A stretch of DNA of 64,000 nucleotides. Source: Methanomassiliicoccaceae archaeon. Its GTDB lineage: Archaea; Thermoplasmatota; Thermoplasmata; Methanomassiliicoccales; Methanomassiliicoccaceae. Positions 59,650 through 64,000 of this stretch are shown piece after piece. Under the pieces are notes generated by a model. That model worked only from the letters and a program-made list of their open reading frames with translations, made no database searches and was not told the DNA's origin. The position numbers and the translations under genes are program-made. The stretch spans positions 800,001-864,000 of the forward strand of contig JAXGZN010000001.1 of the NCBI GenBank assembly GCA_040776945.1. Reading direction: 5' to 3'. Numbering within the stretch: position 1 is the first letter of the stretch; the number at the start of each line of letters is the position of its first letter.

Positions 59650-60111
59650 TCAATGCGTGAACATCGAGATGGTCCAATTAACGCCCGCCACCACTAGGAC
59701 GGACGCAAGGAAGATCCCCAGGTTCTCATAGAAGGTGAAGTCACCGGCGTAGAAGAACAACCAGATCACCAGGAAGGTGAGCCATGCGATGGCCGAGAGC
59801 CCACCTATCCCGGACCTGATCCTCGAGCGCACAGGATATGGCATATAGCCCGGGCCCTGCGGCGGCACAGGCCGGGGAAATCGAAGCGTCCATGTGACCC
59901 AAGTGACCAATAGCAGTGCCACCACTATCAGCAGGGACAAAATGAAGACCGCGAGGTTCTGGGCAAGCAGGAACCCGGAGGCGAGGAAGAACAGCCAAAG
60001 CACGAGGAACACCAACCATCCGAACACCGCCACGATGGACAGAACAGCTCTCCACATCAGTCCCCCTTCCCTATTGTCCAAGCGCATGGTCACAGCTTCC
60101 TTTATCGGCAT
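59650..60111 (-). CDS. Small membrane protein with an internal duplication
   Basis: Two similar halves: WLVFLVLWLFF..QNLAVF and WLTFLVIWLFF..ENLGIF. Confidence 0.75.
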   Translation of the reverse strand: MPIKEAVTMRLDNREGGLMWRAVLSIVAVFGWLVFLVLWLFFLASGFLLAQNLAVFILSLLIVVALLLVTWVTWTLRFPRPVPPQGPGYMPYPVRSRIRSGIGGLSAIAWLTFLVIWLFFYAGDFTFYENLGIFLASVLVVAGVNWTISMFTH

Positions 60112-60147
60112 GGGAGGCGGTTCGGCGCTTAATATCCTTTGTCCGGA

Positions 60148-61359
60148 CTATTCGCTCGGCTCCACGTTCCTGAACAGTGCGTAGAACAGGCCGACCGAGG
60201 CGACATAGAACAGGGCAGCGAGGTAGAACGGCTCAGAGTACAGCCCCATGCCTAACAGGACGCCGCCTATGACCGTGGTAACGCTGTGAGGGAGCCTCCA
60301 TACGATCGAGTTGATGGCACTGGCAAGCCCTCTCTCCTCCTTGGTGATGATCCCCATGAGGAAGGCGTCCGAAAGCGGACTGGACATGTTCATAAGCATC
60401 GTCCGGACGACATAGAGGCCTCCGGCGGTGACAGGGTCGGGGGCGAAGGCCAGGGCCAGCATGAAGACCGTGGACGATCCCTGGCACAGCACGATGGCCC
60501 GCACCGTGCCGAAGCGGCGTGCAAGGCGGGTGCTGGCAATGGAGGCGAAGCCCATGGTCAAGCTCGCCAGGGCCAGCAGGGGGCCGCTGTAGGTGTCCGC
60601 GATACCAAAACGGTTCAGCAGCCATAGCGGTATAAGCGGTATGATGAACCCCGCCCCCAGACCGATCAGGGAATTGAGGGCCGAGAACTTCAGCATCGGT
60701 CGGAGGTTGCGCCCCTTCTTAAGGGACAGTCCCTCCCCGACGATCTCGGAATGATCCCTCAAGAGACGGGCCAGGGAGGCCGGCGTGATGAGCGACACCA
60801 GGGCGAGGATCACGAAGAAGACCTCATGCACTTGGTTCGTCGTCAACCCTCCAAGGCTGGCGATGGTGGGGAACGCGTAGGGCAGGGCGAAGCCGGCCCC
60901 GCTGGTGACCGCCATCACGATGAACGACATGGTGAACGCCTCTTTCCGCCCCTCGCCCGAGGCCATGTCCGCGATGAGCGCGTTCCAGGTGGTGAGGAAA
61001 GCGCCTTCGGCCGCTCCGGCGATCACTGAGGCCAGAACAAGGAACGGCAGGTCGGAGGTTAGTGCGTAGATGAGGAGGGCAGGAGGCATTCCCAATGTCC
61101 CTAAGATTAGGATGCGCTTCCTACCGACGCGGTCAGCGAGCATGCCCAGCGGCACGGCCGCAAGTATGAACACGATGCCGTTGACCGACAGAAGCAGGCC
61201 GACCGATCCGCCTGGAACGCCGATCTCCGGCAGGTAAGCCGAGGTCGCCACCCAATAGTACCCGGTCGCCAACGAGGAGAAGGACATGAGCAGCACCAGC
61301 CATTTCACCTTGATGGGCACCAGGCCGAAGGCGCCCCCTGACGACCGTCCGCTCAGCAT
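60148..61359 (-). CDS. MFS transporter
   Basis: About 12 TM helices; motif A GMLADRVGRKR and LARRFG; start probably ATG 61359 or 61377 rather than 61470. Confidence 0.9.
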   Translation of the reverse strand: MLSGRSSGGAFGLVPIKVKWLVLLMSFSSLATGYYWVATSAYLPEIGVPGGSVGLLLSVNGIVFILAAVPLGMLADRVGRKRILILGTLGMPPALLIYALTSDLPFLVLASVIAGAAEGAFLTTWNALIADMASGEGRKEAFTMSFIVMAVTSGAGFALPYAFPTIASLGGLTTNQVHEVFFVILALVSLITPASLARLLRDHSEIVGEGLSLKKGRNLRPMLKFSALNSLIGLGAGFIIPLIPLWLLNRFGIADTYSGPLLALASLTMGFASIASTRLARRFGTVRAIVLCQGSSTVFMLALAFAPDPVTAGGLYVVRTMLMNMSSPLSDAFLMGIITKEERGLASAINSIVWRLPHSVTTVIGGVLLGMGLYSEPFYLAALFYVASVGLFYALFRNVEPSE

Positions 61360-61430
61360 GTTCCGACCCCGGAACATAGTCCGTTGTCGATTAAAAGGTG
61401 CTCGAAGGGATTCCCGAACCGCTCCAAGGC

Positions 61431-62423
61431 TCAGGGCCGTTGTTCCTTGGCCCCCTTCAGGGCCTTCCACCGCCGGACCTCGAGGTTATGCTCCCGGACC
61501 ATGTCCTGGGAACGATAGAGGGCCACCAGCCTCCGGTGTCCCTCACGGTCCCCGGGCTCCAGTTCCATCAGGGCCTCCAGTTCGCCGATGGCCGCCATGA
61601 CCAGGCCTCGGGACTCGTACAGTTCGGCCTTTCTGAGTAACGCTGCCGGGGTCCTCGGCCGTATGGACAGCGATCGCTCGAACCACTCCAGGGCCTCGTC
61701 CGTCCTTCCTTGGGAAGCATGCTCCTCCGCTCTCTGCATGCTCTCCCTGAAGCATGCCTCGGGGCCAGGAACCTCGATCGAACCGTCAGCCAGCGCCTCC
61801 AGGAGATGCTCCGTCTCGATCATGTCCGCCCCAGCATGCTCAGCGATGCGGAGCATCGAGGAGGCATACTCGGCGTAGTCATGGGCCGGTTCCAGGTTCG
61901 AGACCTCTCCCCTGGAGCGCAGGAGACACATCGCCTTCCGGCTCACCATCGGCCAGGCATAAGGGTCCTGTATATGCCACAGGCAGGCGGCCAGCTCCAC
62001 CCATCCTGCCTGCGCCGCCTCGCTCCTGTCCAGGCTGCCGGAGCTTACTGCCTTCTCCATGATCCCCTCGAGGTCCATGAGCGAGCCCTTGGCCGCTCCC
62101 GGGTCCTCTGGCAGCGCACCGGTTCGCCTCAGTCCAGGGTCAAGGTCGTCCAGGGGCACCCCCAGCGCGAGACTGGTGAGGGTCGAGGACACCGTCCGGG
62201 GCGGGAAGGCGTGTCCGCTCTCCACCGAGGCCTGGTCCATACGGTATTTCAGCGTTCCGAAGTTCCATTTGCCCTCGAGGAAGCCTTCAACCGTATCCCG
62301 CAGCGAGGTGGCCGCCCGCCTCCTGGCCTCGGTCTCGTCCATCCGCTCGATCCTCAGTTCAGAGCCGAGGTAGGCGGCATAGGCGCATCGCCACCATGTC
62401 TCCTCGGAACGGTTCTCGTCCAT
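61431..62423 (-). CDS. Hypothetical protein with C-terminal TPR repeats
   Basis: GRTDEALEWFERSLSIRP, ALLRKAELY..G..AIGELEALMELEP. Confidence 0.75.
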   Translation of the reverse strand: MDENRSEETWWRCAYAAYLGSELRIERMDETEARRRAATSLRDTVEGFLEGKWNFGTLKYRMDQASVESGHAFPPRTVSSTLTSLALGVPLDDLDPGLRRTGALPEDPGAAKGSLMDLEGIMEKAVSSGSLDRSEAAQAGWVELAACLWHIQDPYAWPMVSRKAMCLLRSRGEVSNLEPAHDYAEYASSMLRIAEHAGADMIETEHLLEALADGSIEVPGPEACFRESMQRAEEHASQGRTDEALEWFERSLSIRPRTPAALLRKAELYESRGLVMAAIGELEALMELEPGDREGHRRLVALYRSQDMVREHNLEVRRWKALKGAKEQRP

Positions 62424-62435
62424 AACGGCCGGACC

Positions 62436-62834
62436 TCAAAGCAGCTTGCGGAAGTTGCCCATTCCGTCGTAAAGATAACCGGCGAAGATGAACTTCCGAG
62501 TGGCCCCGCTCTTGGCTATGCGGCCTCGAAGATCGGAGAGGATCGTGGTCGCTATGGCCGGGGTGTAGTCGGTCTCTGGAAGCGCCACGCTCACCGTCCC
62601 GAACTCATTGGCCGCGAAGACGTAGTCCTCCAGATAGGCATGCACCGCAGCCGTCTTGGCGGTCTCAATGAACTCGAACGCCACGATACTGCCCTCCTTC
62701 TCCGCCTTCACCACTCCCCGGGGCGCCCGATCGTCCAGGGTATGGGATGCCTTTATCGAGGGGTCCTGTTTCTGGAGATGCTGGGCCCGGCGTCCGGCAA
62801 CAGTGTCCAGGTATGCCTTGACCTCCTGCTTCAT
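62436..62834 (-). CDS. Hypothetical protein
   Basis: Coding-like 132-aa ORF within a minus-strand gene run. Confidence 0.7.
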   Translation of the reverse strand: MKQEVKAYLDTVAGRRAQHLQKQDPSIKASHTLDDRAPRGVVKAEKEGSIVAFEFIETAKTAAVHAYLEDYVFAANEFGTVSVALPETDYTPAIATTILSDLRGRIAKSGATRKFIFAGYLYDGMGNFRKLL

Positions 62835-62861
62835 GCTACTCTATCTGCCCGATGGTCATAA

Positions 62862-63707
62862 TCATTTTCCTTCCCTCTTGCCCCCATAGGCCCTGACATG
62901 CTCCCAGGCGAGGTGGTGCTCCGGGTACCTTTCCGGGTGCGTATACATCCCTGCATCCTCCCGTCCATATCCCTTGCGGTCCTGTCCCACCGGGCATACC
63001 TTTATGCATATCCCGCAGGGGGAGATGTGCCTCGAATAGAGCTTAATGTTGTGCTCGGTGCATCGGTCCTTCAATGTCAGGGCGGAGGGATAGTCCCCCT
63101 CGACGATGGCGTGGGCCGGGCAGGACCGCGCGCAGCGCATACATCGCACGCAAAGCTGTTCTGTCATCACGGGGTCCGGTGGCAGCTCTGCGGTGGTGAG
63201 TATGGAGGTGAACCTGACCCGGGGCCCATATTGGGGAGTAAGGAGCATATTGTTGACCCCGAAGGTCCCCAGGCCGGCGAGGTAGGCCGCGTGCCGGTGA
63301 GAGAAGAAGGCGATCGGCCGGTCCCTCAGGACGTCCATGCCCCCATATCCGTCCCGAGGGATGAAGATCGATGGCCAGCCCATCTCTCCCAGCATGGTGG
63401 CGATGCGATATGAGGAATCATCGAGGAGGCGGTTCACGGTATTGTACAGCTCACGATAGAATATCGAAGGGCTCGTCTCAAGCGCTGGCAGCTCCACCGG
63501 TATGCCTATCACTATGACCGATCTGGCCTCAGGATAGACGCCCCGGGGACGGAACCGTTCAGGCACCCAGGGGGTGAAAGGCCCCTCGTTCCAGCGCTCG
63601 ACGGGGGCCACCCCCATGAGAGGTATGTCCAGATGATTGCACTTAGATCTCAGCGCTCTCTTCAGCGATAGCGCCTCTGTGTTCCTATCATCGACGTACA
63701 TGATCAT
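62862..63707 (-). CDS. QueG/reductive-dehalogenase-like Fe-S protein
   Basis: ARSVIVIG, FSHRHAAYLAGLGTFG.N.MLLTPQYGPRVRF, CVRCMRCARSCP, CGICIKVCP. Confidence 0.85.
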   Translation of the reverse strand: MIMYVDDRNTEALSLKRALRSKCNHLDIPLMGVAPVERWNEGPFTPWVPERFRPRGVYPEARSVIVIGIPVELPALETSPSIFYRELYNTVNRLLDDSSYRIATMLGEMGWPSIFIPRDGYGGMDVLRDRPIAFFSHRHAAYLAGLGTFGVNNMLLTPQYGPRVRFTSILTTAELPPDPVMTEQLCVRCMRCARSCPAHAIVEGDYPSALTLKDRCTEHNIKLYSRHISPCGICIKVCPVGQDRKGYGREDAGMYTHPERYPEHHLAWEHVRAYGGKREGK

Positions 63708-63710
63708 CGC

Positions 63711-64000
63711 TCACGGAATGTCCTGAGGGTCCCAGGTGGTATGGTAGCCCTCGTCGAAGCGGTCCATTTCCGCCTCGTCCTTGGCCGAGATCTCGAAATC
63801 GAAGATCGCGGCATTCTCTCTCATCCGCTCCGGCCGCACGCTCTTAGGTATGGCCGCCATGCCCTTCTGGACCACCCACCTGAGGAGCATCTGGGCAGGC
63901 GTTCTCCCATATTCGCGGGCCAAGGCCACCAGCCGAGGGTCGTTCAACCGTCTCCCTTTCGTCAGCGGACTGTAGGCCTCAAGGGCGATGCCTTTGTCGC
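63711..64000 (-). CDS. Aldo/keto reductase, C-terminal part (5' end outside the window)
   Basis: EAYSPL, YGRTPAQMLLRW, IPKSVRPERMREN..FDFE. Confidence 0.9.
   Translation of the reverse strand, partial: DKGIALEAYSPLTKGRRLNDPRLVALAREYGRTPAQMLLRWVVQKGMAAIPKSVRPERMRENAAIFDFEISAKDEAEMDRFDEGYHTTWDPQDIP

Overview
A GC-rich archaeal chromosome segment, most likely from Methanomassiliicoccales (Thermoplasmata). The lineage call is an inference from gene content: gyrBA, Ech and Ehr complexes, KaiC/RAD55 proteins, DUF531, archaeal TATA boxes and a tRNA intron with a bulge-helix-bulge motif. From left to right the window holds: a chimeric gene cut by the window edge (DUF2226-like domain, zinc ribbon, DnaA-type AAA+ domain) that the ORF track misses; tRNA-Thr(CGU) with a D-loop intron; thiC; gyrB-gyrA; a surface cluster (KaiC-like ATPase, coiled-coil/Zn-ribbon protein, 2092-aa CARDB surface protein, type IV pilus genes, tRNA-Phe, coiled-coil-KaiC fusion); a deoxyhypusine-synthase-like gene; a four-gene TasA/SipW operon that reads like a complete donor-strand pilus (shaft, peptidase, Kelch tip, membrane anchor); purM, rlmE, an FAH hydrolase and Lhr; an HdrD-like CCG protein; a nickel-less Ehr (Hyf-like) complex next to an intact EchA-F hydrogenase; an orphan HTH-fused DNA methyltransferase; a head-only Rad50/DndD-like ATPase coupled to a rhodanese; a NYN-LOTUS RNase; an MFS transporter; and TPR, QueG-like and aldo/keto reductase genes. 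Several genes appear to need near-cognate start codons (ACG, ATA, CTG). I saw no CRISPR array, rRNA gene or IS element. All family calls come from recognising motifs by eye; no database search was run.
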